A model generated the notes under the pieces. The model had not been told where the DNA came from, did not search any database, and saw only the letters and a program-made list of their open reading frames with translations. From Oculina patagonica (lineage: Eukaryota): 64,000 nt of DNA. Of this stretch, positions 48,801 through 59,099 are shown piece after piece. The stretch is from contig NC_135771.1 of the NCBI RefSeq assembly GCF_052425735.1, forward strand, positions 17,112,001-17,176,000. The letters are read 5' to 3'. A program made the position numbers and the translations under genes. The first letter of the stretch is position 1. Every line of letters begins with the position of its first letter.

Positions 48801-50621
48801 TTTTCTCAGAAAGTAGTCTGGAATTCTTGCGTACGCAACCCCAGTTTATCGCCTTGCGGAATATGGTTCAACAAAACCCACAAGCCTTACCATTGCTATT
48901 ACAGCAACTAGGACAGGAAAATCCAGAGCTACTTCAGGTATGATAAAGCAACCTGAATAATTCAGTATAATTACATGTAGTGTTTAACAATTGGTTCATG
49001 CTTTAGTGTGCACTATCAAGTTATGGTGTACGCGGGAAGTTTGAAGAGCATGAAAGAAGCAAGAGAGTTGCAATCTCACAGTGATAGCCGAGCACAACTC
49101 CAGCTACTTGAGTGCTGTTGTTTTAGCAAACAGAGTAAATAGAACATTCCACCCAGAATGTGAGCCAGAAACATTATTGTGATCAAAAGTACGGCATAAG
49201 TAACCAGAAACCCATGAGGGTTGAAACGTGTAACGCGCGTTCACAGCGTTTGAATATTCAGTTTTGCCAAGTACCATATTTGGAAACACAAAGAGTTTGT
49301 ACGTTAATGCTTTACACACGTAACAACACACGCAACCACATTTTCGGTTTTGCGGCGAGTTACTTGAATTCCGACCTACGGTACACGCGGTAAATTTCTT
49401 ACAGAAACTAAAGAAATTCATTACACATATCCAAGTGATGTTCTCCACACTATGTACTTAACAACGAATAAACAGGAGAATTTAACCAAATTGAACTTTA
49501 TTCAACCAAGCTTGTTCAAAAACAAGATTACGCCATCTAGCGAGAGCTAGCGCACGCTGTGAATTCAATCCAAATATTGCAATTTTTATTGTTTAATTTT
49601 TTCTCCTGATTTTCCAAATATGGTACTTAATGGAAACAAATGCGCAAACGCTTTGTACATTGCGAATCATAGGGAGTTACATGTTTCAACCCTTACGAGT
49701 TTCCGAAGTAACACAGTAAGTTTCAAATCATGTGGCTTAAAAGTTAGCTGAAACACCTTTTTTGTACAACTGGTACTTCATATTTAAATGTAATGTTTTG
49801 ATTTCATTCCAGCTTATAAGTTTACACCAAGAAGAGTTTATAAGAATGTTAAACAGCCCTGATACTGCCGGCAGTAGTGCGCCAGGTGGAGGGTCACAGG
49901 AAGCCCAGCCTGGCTCAGGAGGCGAACAAGCAATACCACCAACAGGGCAGGGACAGGGAGGTCAACCAAATGTCAGCTACATTAATGTCACAGCACAGGA
50001 AAAAGAAGCCATTGATAGGGTGAGTGTCTAGTTGATAAATCTGTCAGCTTCCTCCCCCCCCCTTTCCTTTGTTAACTCGAGAGTTAATAAATCTGTCTGC
50101 TTAAAGGTGGAATGTAGGGCTTTGTTTATTCAAGAAAAAGTAGTAACATTACATGTCAAGAGGGAATGCAAAGTGTTCAATTTTTTTAAGTTCACAGATC
50201 ATAAAAAGCAACCTGCAGACCGTTAACTCGGTATCGCCAGTATTTTGTTGTTTATGTATTATTAAAAGAAATCATTATTAATAACATGCTTTACAGGATC
50301 GTGTCGTGAATTTTTGGTGAAATTTTCAGAATGTTACTCACAGTGTTTTGTGGCAAGTTGCACCAAAATCAAATGATTACTTCTTTTTAGGTGCTTACTG
50401 TACAATACATGTTTAATTTATTGGGGTTCTGTTCGATGAATTTTCATGTAACTTTGGCAGGGGCTGAAGGATTACTGTAGCTTACAATTCTATCTAATTT
50501 TTCCAAACAGCTAAAAGAACTTGGATTTACAGAGAATGAAGCAGTCCAGGCTTATTTTGCCTGCGAAAAGAACGAGACATTGGCTGCCAACTTTTTACTC
50601 AACAATGGCGGCGACTCTTAA
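38308..50621 (+). CDS. RAD23: UV excision repair protein RAD23 homolog (UbL-UBA1-XPC-binding-UBA2), 12 coding exons, 375 aa
   Basis: Exons read by hand with GT-AG junctions and consistent phase: 38308-38373, 41433-41514, 42288-42367, 42850-42900, 43164-43225, 44817-44938, 46325-46389, 47178-47240, 48407-48497, 48810-48937, 49813-50019, 50511-50621 (1128 nt). Motifs: [17 protein letters not shown]; LIYAGKILND; [33 protein letters not shown]; [10 protein letters not shown]...[14 protein letters not shown]; EKEAIDRLKELGF...[20 protein letters not shown]. Confidence 0.96.
39349..40251 (-). mobile_element. Helentron/HINE-like rolling-circle non-autonomous element in RAD23 intron 1
   Basis: Subterminal inverted repeats AGCGGAGCTCC (~39370) / GGAGCTCCGCT (~40242). 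Terminal hairpin TTTAGGC-AA-GCCTAAA (~39354-69). No terminal TIRs. Confidence 0.65.
39724..39800 (+). pseudogene. tRNA-like (SINE-head) sequence inside the Helentron-like element
   Basis: A-box TAGCTCAATCGG (39735-46), B-box GTTCAAATC (39780-88), CCAG..CTGG anticodon-type stem. The acceptor stem does not pair. Confidence 0.6.
40439..40801. mobile_element. Merlin-like MITE (363 bp) nested in an older TGGATAA/TATCCA repeat (~40405-40942)
   Basis: ~70-bp TIRs GGCTTTCCTTACTTT.../...AAAGTAAGGAAAGCC. Perfect 8-bp TSD ATAACACT (40431-38, 40802-09). GG...CC termini. Confidence 0.85.
43495..44753. mobile_element. TA-flanked MITE copy A (RAD23 intron 5), containing a nested MITE
   Basis: TIR CCTTATTCTTACTAATTTT / AAAATTAGTAAGAATAAGG. 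The interior is the reverse complement of copy B (46630-47141). Confidence 0.8.
43763..44600. mobile_element. Tc1/mariner-type MITE nested in copy A
   Basis: TA|CCGTATTTATTCGGTTATAAGGCGCAC...GTGCGCCTTATAACTGAATAAATACGG|TA. The empty TA site is present in copy B. Confidence 0.85.
45355..45556 (+). mobile_element. tRNA-derived SINE (RAD23 intron 6); partial antisense copy at ~45025-45160
   Basis: tRNA-like head, GGCAAGACACTT core and ATGGACTAGCATCCCATCCAGGGG tail, shared with the 48.0 kb and 51.7 kb copies. Confidence 0.75.
46630..47141. mobile_element. TA-flanked MITE copy B (RAD23 intron 7)
   Basis: TA|CCTTATTCTTACTAATTTT...AAAATAGGTAAGAATAAGG|TA. Confidence 0.85.
48024..48285 (+). mobile_element. 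tRNA-derived SINE (RAD23 intron 8)
   Basis: Same head (TAATAGTTAG...GGTTCGATCCC), TGTGTTCTTGGGCGAGACACTT core and GATGGATGAGCACCCATCC tail as the other copies. Confidence 0.7.
49200..49711. mobile_element. Degenerate TIR element (Merlin-like) in RAD23 intron 10
   Basis: Inverted ends GTAACCAGAAACCCATGAGGGTTGAAACGTGTAAC / GTTACATGTTTCAACCCTTACGAGTTTCCGAAGTAAC. TSD not clear. Confidence 0.6.
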
Positions 50622-51669
50622 TGATTTCCTTTCTTTTCTGGCTTTTGTTTCGTCGCTGCTTAACTGGTTGGCCTAGAAAGACCTTTTCTTTGTACTTTGT
50701 TAATTATTTTTGTATCCTGCTAACTGATCTGTACTAACATTTTATTGTAATAATCATCTTTTCATAATGTATTATTATCATAATTATGATAATTGAATTG
50801 GTTTAATTATGATAATTCTAAAAATGATTATACTAATTTATTATTTTAGCTGCAATTACAGTTATTATAACTAATTATTTTATTAATAATTATATTCAAT
50901 TATTTCATTAATAATTGCATGTAATTATTGTAATAACATTATTAACATTTACATAATTATTACTAATAATCAATGGTTTAGTTGTATTGAGGTTTTTTAA
51001 GCCTGTGCCATCCTTTTATCAGTGACCTTGTTATAAAGCCAGTCAAACGAACTATCAGAGACCCAGGGTACATTAGCTTCAAAGTGAATTAATTATGGTC
51101 TTTAGGAAATTCTACAAATGGAGACATGAAAGAAGCAAACAGAGGACGTGCCATTGTGAAATGACCAAAAAAAGTGACTTTTAGTATTATCTAATGGCCT
51201 TAGTTGCATGTAAAGTTGTGTTGTACCTTAAAAATGGTTAGCGTCCATTTGAGCCATCAATATCTCATAGAAGAGTTGCGCACTGTAATATGGAAGTTAA
51301 GTTGCTATTAGCTGGCATCTAGAAATGCAAGGGTTAAGTTTTTATTACGCAACAGTTTTGCTGGGAGATTATAGAAGTTGAGAAATAAAACAGTGCCCCT
51401 TGCTTCCCATCGATTCTCAGCTAGCTGTATACAGAAGACAGATAAACTGTTTTTAGTAAAGTAGTTATATATCTGTCCCCATGTGTTGCTTGCTAAGGAC
51501 TTATAGCGGCTTTAATTACTTGGATTATTAATTAAAAACAGTTTTAAAGTTTCAGTGGTTACTTATTTGGTTTAACAATTTGCAAACCGTAGCACTTTAT
51601 ACAATGACTTGATTAAAATATGTTTTTCAGTAAACGACGCATGCATAAAAATATGTCTGCGTTCCAGCC

Positions 51670-51958
51670 TAGTGGCCCAATCAGCCTGGAGCTTACCCCG
51701 GTTTCTTTAGCATTAAGTGACTAGGAGTATATTGTATTTCTACTCCCCCCTGGATGGGATGCTAGTCTGTCAGGATTACCCCCCCCCCTCCAGCATTAAA
51801 TTCGCTGGTACCCATTTATGCACTTGGGTAAAGAGAGGCACTATGATAGTGAAGTGTCATGCCAAAGAACACAACACAATGACCGCAGCCAGGGCTGAAA
51901 CCCAGACCAATCGATCTGGAGTCCAGCGAAATAACCATTAGACCACCCTATCTCCCAC
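51670..51958 (-). mobile_element. tRNA-derived SINE, antisense copy
   Basis: Reverse complement of the 45355 and 48024 family (CCCCTGGATGGGATGCTAGTC...AAGTGTCATGCCAAAGAACACAAC...GGAGTCCAGCG..TAACCATTAG). Confidence 0.75.
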
Positions 51959-52352
51959 AAATGGCACAGGCATACTCGGGAGAAAAGAAATTCCTAGTGC
52001 TCCCAAAGTCAAACTTGCCACTGAGCTATACCAGACTTGTGATAGCGAAGCAATTAAACTAGTTCATGTAAATGATTTGTTCATGACTATGAGCCACTGA
52101 TTTTGGGAAATGAATTAATCAAAGGCTCTTCGAGCAACCTTATGGTAATTCAACAAAGTGCCGACCTTCGCATTATTATTTTCAAATAAGCATCCAATAA
52201 TGTAATGATCTCACTTCATTTGCCTTCAAATGTTTTAGTTTTCCATAGGAGTGTCCCCAGTGATTATTCGTGCCCTCAGGCTTTGTAGCGCAAATTCTAA
52301 TTTTTCATCACCAAAATAAAGTGTAACCTTCAACTCAGTTTTATCCTCTTTC

Positions 52353-52451
52353 ATCATCATCATTTGTCCTTACCGTGCCATTGGATGTATAAGGCCTCCA
52401 CAGTCTCTCTCTAGCGGGAGCGGTCTTGTGCCATAACCTGTGTGTGTAACC
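52353..52451 (-). mobile_element. 5'-truncated RTE-type LINE 3' end
   Basis: Minus strand encodes MAQDRSR*RETVEALYIQWHGKDK* followed by a (TGA)n tail. Flanking near-duplication TTTTATCCTCTTTC (52339-52) / TTTGATCCTCTTTC (52452-65). Confidence 0.7.
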
Positions 52452-53135
52452 TTTGATCCTCTTTCCCATTCAGATAGACCCAGGGAATGAGGTTGGAGTA
52501 TAATTTGTTTCTGATTGACATTTCCTGAATGTGTTTAAAGGACCTTTCTGTCAGCACGTTTACCATTTTAATGCATAAATTAATTGTTTAATATCAGAAT
52601 GGGGAGAGTCGAGAGTAATTTTAATACTTCATTACCATGAGGTTATAAGACGAGAAAATAAAACCACAAACTTTAAAAAAAATAAAAATTTCCAAAGTTT
52701 TGAAGCAGTTCAATCCCCTACCTGACAAATCATCTACATTCTACAGATGCAAATTATTATGTCACCATTGTATAAATACTGTCAGATACTCCACCTAATT
52801 TTTCCACACAGGCGCATTTTAAGTAGCTTCCACTCCCAGCCAAATAATATATTTCAACTGTAACTCAGTTCAATACATCATACATTGAATCACTTACTTC
52901 ACACATGCCACTGATTAAAACTATTTTATTTCTTTACTGGGTTGCATGTTATAGCAGTTAATTTAAAATGAACTTTTGATATTAAAGTATTTACAATCAG
53001 ATATGACTAAACTTTCACTTGTAGTATTAAGGCTACAAACAATGTCAGGTAGCAAATCTAACATCATGGCAAATTCAATATTGCAGAAAAGTTTTAGTTA
53101 CATAATAAATGGCCAGAAAGGCAACTACCGGTATA

Positions 53136-53429
53136 TACCTGATTGAAGAATCGTTGACCCGTGAAAGCATAAACCATGAACGATGCGACCCAAAAGTTTA
53201 CTGGGAAATCAGATAAAATAATCGTCGTATGTGACAGAATATTCACACGATAATAAGACAGGTTGCATAAAACATCCTCTTAAGGCTCTCAAAATAAGAA
53301 AATATGTTGATTATCAATAAAGGAAATAAGCTGAGCTTACCAAGGCTGTCTACCCAGAATACCATTGGGTCGTATTGTTCATGGTTTATGCTATTCACAT
53401 GGTCAATTCAACGTTTCTTCAATTAGGTG
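53136..53429. mobile_element. TA-flanked MITE; a partial copy lies at ~42911-43075
   Basis: TIR (T/C)ACCTGATTGAAGAA / TTCTTCAATTAGGTG. The left half aligns with RAD23 intron 4. Confidence 0.7.
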
Positions 53430-54104
53430 TATACTGTCACATATACGAACAATTCACAACCTTTTCCCAGTAGACTTTAAACAACGGGTTTGTCTATGAT
53501 CCCTGTCAGATTATGTCATTAATACATTATTAATACCATTTATAAATATTCACTCTTGTGTAATTGACTCTTACTGTTGAATTGCAAAGCGTGCAAGTGA
53601 CGTCATAACTCAAACAAACAAACCGAAATGGTGGAAGACTTTCCTTGAACACTTTCTCAAACAGTTGGTGTTCCTTAAACACTTTATTTGAAAAGAAAAC
53701 TTTGCCTAGAATTCCCTGTATTTCTCTGGGAACATATAATAATAATTATTTGGGCGTTCCATTTTTAAACCTTGCAGGCTTGTACCTATTGCATAAAACA
53801 AGAGTATGATGCAGGGAAAGATTCGGCATTACTTCATTGTTCAGATCTTGATTTAGGGCAAAGTGGAATTTGTCCATAATTTGCAGTTGTCCAGCCAGTC
53901 ATTGTTACCAGGGACAACAACTACATATCAATAATGATTGATCCAAACATAATTGAAAAGAAAATTTATATTTTCATAATTATGCTAAACAAAGTAATGA
54001 AGAATGTCTCCAATCTGCCTGGATTTACTGTTCATTGGGTACTGAAGTATGAACAGACAGAAAACTGTTAACAGGATCTTAGGACTATCTCTCCCAACTC
54101 TTCT

Positions 54105-56084
54105 TTACTCTCCAGTCAGATATTTTTTGATGAACTCGACCACCAAATGCCCCGGCAAGGCATTACTTAAATTAAACTGAGAGTGTGTTTCCAAGGCATC
54201 ATACAGTTTTAATGTCAGGAGAAACATTGGGGTTTGATGGTTTCCAGGGGACGAGTAATGATCTCTAAATGAGTGGTTTTTTCTGACATACTCTGGTACA
54301 TCAGATATGGCATGGGTTTCCAATGATTTCCGTATGTGTTCAATGGTTTCCCTCTCCTCTAATGTTAGAATCTCTTTGAAATGCTTCTGTGTTGCAACGC
54401 CAACCACCCTTAATTGACCCTTGACCCGACACAGTACTGGGCCACCTGAGTTCCCAGAGTTGAGAGCGCAATTTAAAACAACCATTGAATGACCTGCTAA
54501 GGTTCTCTTGGAACCAGAGACATTGCCACTCACAAAGAGAGCTGTTTCTCCTGTGTGGCTCATGGGATAGCCAAAAGAAAAAATTGACATTCCTGGTAAT
54601 AATGACTGGCTGGACAACTGCAATGGACAAATTCCACTTTGCTCTAAATTAAGATCTGGACAGTAAAGTAATGCCAAATCTTTCCCTGCATCATAGTGAG
54701 TGACCTTGCAGGCCAGCTCATCAATGGCTGCATTGGAAATATAGATTTCATGACTTTCTGGCTCATTTAAATAGGTTTCAATCACATGCCTATTGGTAAT
54801 TATAAAATGATCACTAACAATAAACCCTGAGCCATGCTCAATTTCAATATTGGTGGTGGCTAACTCATACTCTCTTTGAATACTAGCCCTTTGTTCATCA
54901 ACCTTTTGCTTAGTTACACCATAACTTGGCTTTCCTTCACTTTCGTACTTACATGCATCAACAAATGTTCTAGCATCAAAACTATCAATTGCTTCCTTTA
55001 TATCTGAAATGTCATAAGTCTGGTCACTTTCACCTCTATTAACTGTTGGAAATATCTCTGTATCTCCTAAGCAGACACCAGCAAAGCAATCTCTCACTCT
55101 GCGCTCTGCCTCACTTGAGGAATATTTACACAGACTTGGTTCACTACCTGTACACATATCAGATATGGCTTTCTTATACTCTTTTTTCAAATTTTTTCTG
55201 TGTTCATTAATTAACTTTTTTAACTCTTCAGATCCAGGCCCTTCTTCTGGATATTTCTGAAGCAGTTTTCTGCCATCAAATTGAACAAGTGCTTCTAGAA
55301 CTTTAAAAATGGTATAACCTTTTTTAAAAATTGGCAACCCGTTATTACCAAATATGACAGGAACAATTTCACGCGAATCTAATCTATTAAGTGGACTAGC
55401 ATAATAATAGCACTGACGCACTCGCGTCACTGCATCGGTGTGGGAAAAATCATTAAGCAGAAGCATATCCGGCCATTTAAACTTACATGTAGGATCAACA
55501 GCTCGAATACATTCCCTTGCTACAACAGATCTTTGTGCGTCAGCTATCCTCCTTTTTTGATCCCAATAATCAAAAAGATTATAAATCTCAATAATGTTGT
55601 AGCCGTTTTCTCGATTTTCCCTTTCTGTAAGTTGCCATCGGTCCTCTGCAAAGATCCCAGCAAAGCAATCCCTGACTCTGCGCTGTGCCACAACCCAGGA
55701 ATATCTGCATTGGCTATCTGGGTCAGCAGTGGCATCCTCCCTTTCAAAATCGACATCAGCTCTTCGTTTGTCAATCAAGTCGCTTAACTTATCAGACCCC
55801 GGTCCTTCTTTGGGGTATCTTTCAACACATTTCCTTTTATCATAGTTGACAAGTGCATCATGAATATCAACAATGTCGTAAGTTCTATCCATCCTGCGTC
55901 CACATTCATCATCAAGAGTGAGCGGGAACCCGAGGGGCAAATCACCCGCGTAACAATCCTGCAATCTTCTGGACGCTGTGTCCCAATCATATTTTCGAGT
56001 TTCTGGTTTCCCGTAAATCTTGACCTTTACACATGCGTTCAGAGCCTTTCTTCCCTCATCTCCAAGTACATCACCGTTGTGCAT
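54105..56084 (-). CDS. Trypsin_2/HtrA-like serine protease with four N-terminal repeats of an unrecognised ~90-aa unit, 659 aa, intronless CDS
   Basis: GSGFIVSDHFIITNRHVI (His433), KDLALL (Asp469), FGYP, LNSGNSGGPV (Ser546), VVGV. No signal peptide, TM segment or PDZ domain seen. Confidence 0.88.
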   Translation of the reverse strand: MHNGDVLGDEGRKALNACVKVKIYGKPETRKYDWDTASRRLQDCYAGDLPLGFPLTLDDECGRRMDRTYDIVDIHDALVNYDKRKCVERYPKEGPGSDKLSDLIDKRRADVDFEREDATADPDSQCRYSWVVAQRRVRDCFAGIFAEDRWQLTERENRENGYNIIEIYNLFDYWDQKRRIADAQRSVVARECIRAVDPTCKFKWPDMLLLNDFSHTDAVTRVRQCYYYASPLNRLDSREIVPVIFGNNGLPIFKKGYTIFKVLEALVQFDGRKLLQKYPEEGPGSEELKKLINEHRKNLKKEYKKAISDMCTGSEPSLCKYSSSEAERRVRDCFAGVCLGDTEIFPTVNRGESDQTYDISDIKEAIDSFDARTFVDACKYESEGKPSYGVTKQKVDEQRASIQREYELATTNIEIEHGSGFIVSDHFIITNRHVIETYLNEPESHEIYISNAAIDELACKVTHYDAGKDLALLYCPDLNLEQSGICPLQLSSQSLLPGMSIFSFGYPMSHTGETALFVSGNVSGSKRTLAGHSMVVLNCALNSGNSGGPVLCRVKGQLRVVGVATQKHFKEILTLEERETIEHIRKSLETHAISDVPEYVRKNHSFRDHYSSPGNHQTPMFLLTLKLYDALETHSQFNLSNALPGHLVVEFIKKYLTGE

Positions 56085-56515
56085 GCTCTAGTGTTCACTA
56101 AGCTTAATGATAAGCTTTTAAAAGTTAACTTTCCTCCAACAAGTTCGCAGTAGAGTAGAAGTACGCCGCTCACGCCACTGATAAATGTAAGCTCAGATTA
56201 CAAAGGACGAAAACGACAAGAAATCGTTAGCTTGGTAACCACACCATAAATCGCAGCGGGTTTGCCGCGGCTACGCCAAGCGCAACAGGATTCCCGCTGG
56301 TTTAACCGTCGCGTAAACAAAAAGATCAGATAACGTATGACAAGGACAAGCACTGCAAAATAGATCGAACATTTTTTAAAATATTTACAAATGTCCAATT
56401 TGGCTCCTCTGCTCCCTGTGTAACCCTGTGTAAATGGTTCACTCAAGAGAGGATAATGGGACAGAGAGGGACTTAGAGGGCGTTGGCCGGGATATGTCAA
56501 AGACAGAAAAGTTAT

Positions 56516-57455
56516 TTAACAATTATTCTATGAGTCCGCGTTGGATACGAAGTGGTAAATAGCCAACGAGGCGCGAAGCGCCGAGTTGGCTATAACGACT
56601 CGTATCCAACAAGGGCGAATAGAATAATTGTTTTATTAAATTCTTCTTTAAGTTTAAATCGACTGGACATTTCATTTTGATGTAAACGAAGTGATAGTGT
56701 GAGGAGGCGGGAAAATTTGTGGCGCGGTGTTCACTTCTTGAGTTGAATGAAACACGAGAGGAAAGCGAGCGAAGGCGGAGTTTTCTTCCCAAGATTTTTA
56801 TCTAACAATCTTCTCTAAAGTCTTCTTTATATCCTGGAAATTGTGACAACAGTTAAGATTTACGGGATGATCCGAAGCAAAAGCTTTTCTGGAAACTGCA
56901 CGTCTTGTGCAAGTCGAACGAAGCCAGTGTTTACATTGTACGGCTGTCATCAAGACTGCTATATTATTTGAAGCGAAATTGAACTCAAAGCGGAACAGAT
57001 TTATTGAAGTTTAAAAGGACAAGACCAAGATTGAAAGGTAATAAACTTTACAGAAGTGCTGAGCCTAATTTTATGACGAACACTGAATGAAACTGTGTCA
57101 GTTTGCCGTTTTTTCGTAAATTATTAAGCTGCTTTTCTACTTTATTCACTCGTTCTTCTTGTTCGTTTACAAGTACGTATTATTAATTAAACTTCTCTCA
57201 TCAATCCTTTTGTTTTGCGTAGTTAAATTTTACTATGGCATTTCTGTGGTTTTGTAGGCACCGCTGATTATCTGCTGTTTTCAACGATTTTCTGATGAAA
57301 GTGTCGCTTCCCGCAGAAAAATTTTACGCTGAGCGGCACTTGCCGCACTCATTTCCCATATAAGGTCAAACATAGGTATACGAGCTGGTAACCGGGATTC
57401 AGTGAACCAATCAGAAAGCTAGAAATGCAATATCCGAGGTTGAGAATTTAATAAT
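56516..57455. mobile_element. Hairpin-ended interspersed repeat (unclassified), nested in the P-like element
   Basis: ~115-nt terminal hairpin AACAATTATTC...GGCGC-GAA-GCGCC...GAATAATTGTT (56518-56632). Homologous to 34480-36425. Confidence 0.7.
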
Positions 57456-58212
57456 TTTAGATATGCGGACGCCCACAAAAGCGTAGTTCCGGTTCTAGGT
57501 AAGTCAATAAATCGGGCCAGCGTGACATTTGTTTTATCGGCTAATTAACATTCAGCATGTCATTTTTAGTTGGAATTTTACAGGCGTTTAGACTTCGGCA
57601 ACGATATTAATGTCAATGATAGATTGTATCGGAAGCTTTCCAAAGTAAGCGTCTTCTGTAGATGCTAAAAAAAATCGTGACAGGCCTACACCAAGAAAAA
57701 ATATTATTTTATTTTCTCTCGCCTACACGGACTCCTACTGTTTATTATTACTATTTGCCACCTGATTTTTTAACCGCTGTGTCTCAGTCTTATAAGTATC
57801 GCTCTGAGAAGCGTGTCTTTAAGCGATTTGCTTTTTTAATGCGACAACATAGGATAGGAGGCTTTCGAAAAAGGCCTTCTCCTTCTGCATACTATAATTA
57901 TTATTGGGAAGCGTTTTAGGTCAAATAGACGTTTATGGCACTCCAAAAGTGTAGACTGGAGGTCACACAAGTCTGCATGCTTTCCTGCAGTTTGTAGACA
58001 TTAACACCTCTCTCATTTGCTAAATGATTTTGCCCGTGCGGTTTGATTTGGCTGATATCATTTTGCAAGATATGTTTTAATCTCTCAAAATGTTCGCCCT
58101 GGAAGGACTTTGTCGGAAACTTTCTTTGAAAGTGTAATTTTATTTTATTTTGTGACGCCGAACCCGGCTGTTTAATTAACTTTGCTTGAAGGTGTGATGT
58201 ATCTTATCACAG

Positions 58213-59099
58213 CAGGGGCGGATCCAGGGGGGGTGGATTGGGTGGCTAGCCACCCCCCTTGATCCACCAGAAAAAACAAAAATAAAGATATTAAAATAGA
58301 AAATAAGGACAATGTCCATCCACCTTTCATAGTCAGGTGGCCGTTCAAAGTTAAGAAAGGCCATTTTTCCAAAATAGGAGATTTTCAAAAGGCCTGGTTT
58401 ATGAACTTCTGGCTTTATGTAACAAAACATGTGTGTATAATTTTAAAAAATTAGATTCCTTTTAACTTTCAAGAGTTGTTTTAGCCTTGCTGGAATAATT
58501 TTCTTCTCCATTTACATCTTTTTTAGCGAGTTTTCGTACCGTTTTTTCGCATCGAAGCGATTTCAAAAGCAAGCAAAGTCGCCAAAGTTGTCCCCAGGCC
58601 ACTTTCCCAAGGGCTAAAAATTTTCACGCATGTGGGTGAGCAAAAAAACGCATATCTGTTCTTTCCTGTAAGTTCCTGGCTTGTCAACTTTAAATTTCAA
58701 TCACTGTTCATTTCATAAGAACTAGACTTTTTCTCCGAAATATAACTCAAGGTAAGTTGAAGAAAGAATATTTTGCCAAATTATCAAGGAAAAACAGTGT
58801 TTTAATAACTTAAAGCTGCTCAGAATCGCGGAAATCACGTCTAAGGGGCTTCAACTTTTCAAAATTTTCTGAGGGGGGCATGCCCCCAGACCCCCCTAGG
58901 GGGCAGGAGCCTTTGCCTTCACTAAATATGGGCCACAGACCCAAAATGATTTGCACTCCACTTTCAAAAAACTGCCTAAAAGCCCGAACCCCCCCCCCCC
59001 CCCCCTACCATAAAAAACAAACTGGGGCTTGAACAATATAGCAAACAAAAATATTGGTAAACAGCCACCCCCCTTTGAGAAATCCTGGATCCGCCCCTG
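58213..59099. mobile_element. hAT-like MITE with apparent 5-bp TSD (hAT5-like)
   Basis: TIR CAGGGGCGGATCCAGG / CCTGGATCCGCCCCTG. CACAG on both flanks (58208-12, 59100-04). Confidence 0.75.

Noticed and set aside
50740-50975. Very AT-rich (TAA/ATT) tract after the RAD23 stop
   Set aside because: Simple low-complexity sequence with no consistent unit or structure.
54105-56084. Protease as bacterial contamination or recent horizontal transfer
   Set aside because: It is embedded among host repeats and shows CpG depletion typical of host methylation. An ancient transfer cannot be judged without a phylogeny, so it is not claimed.
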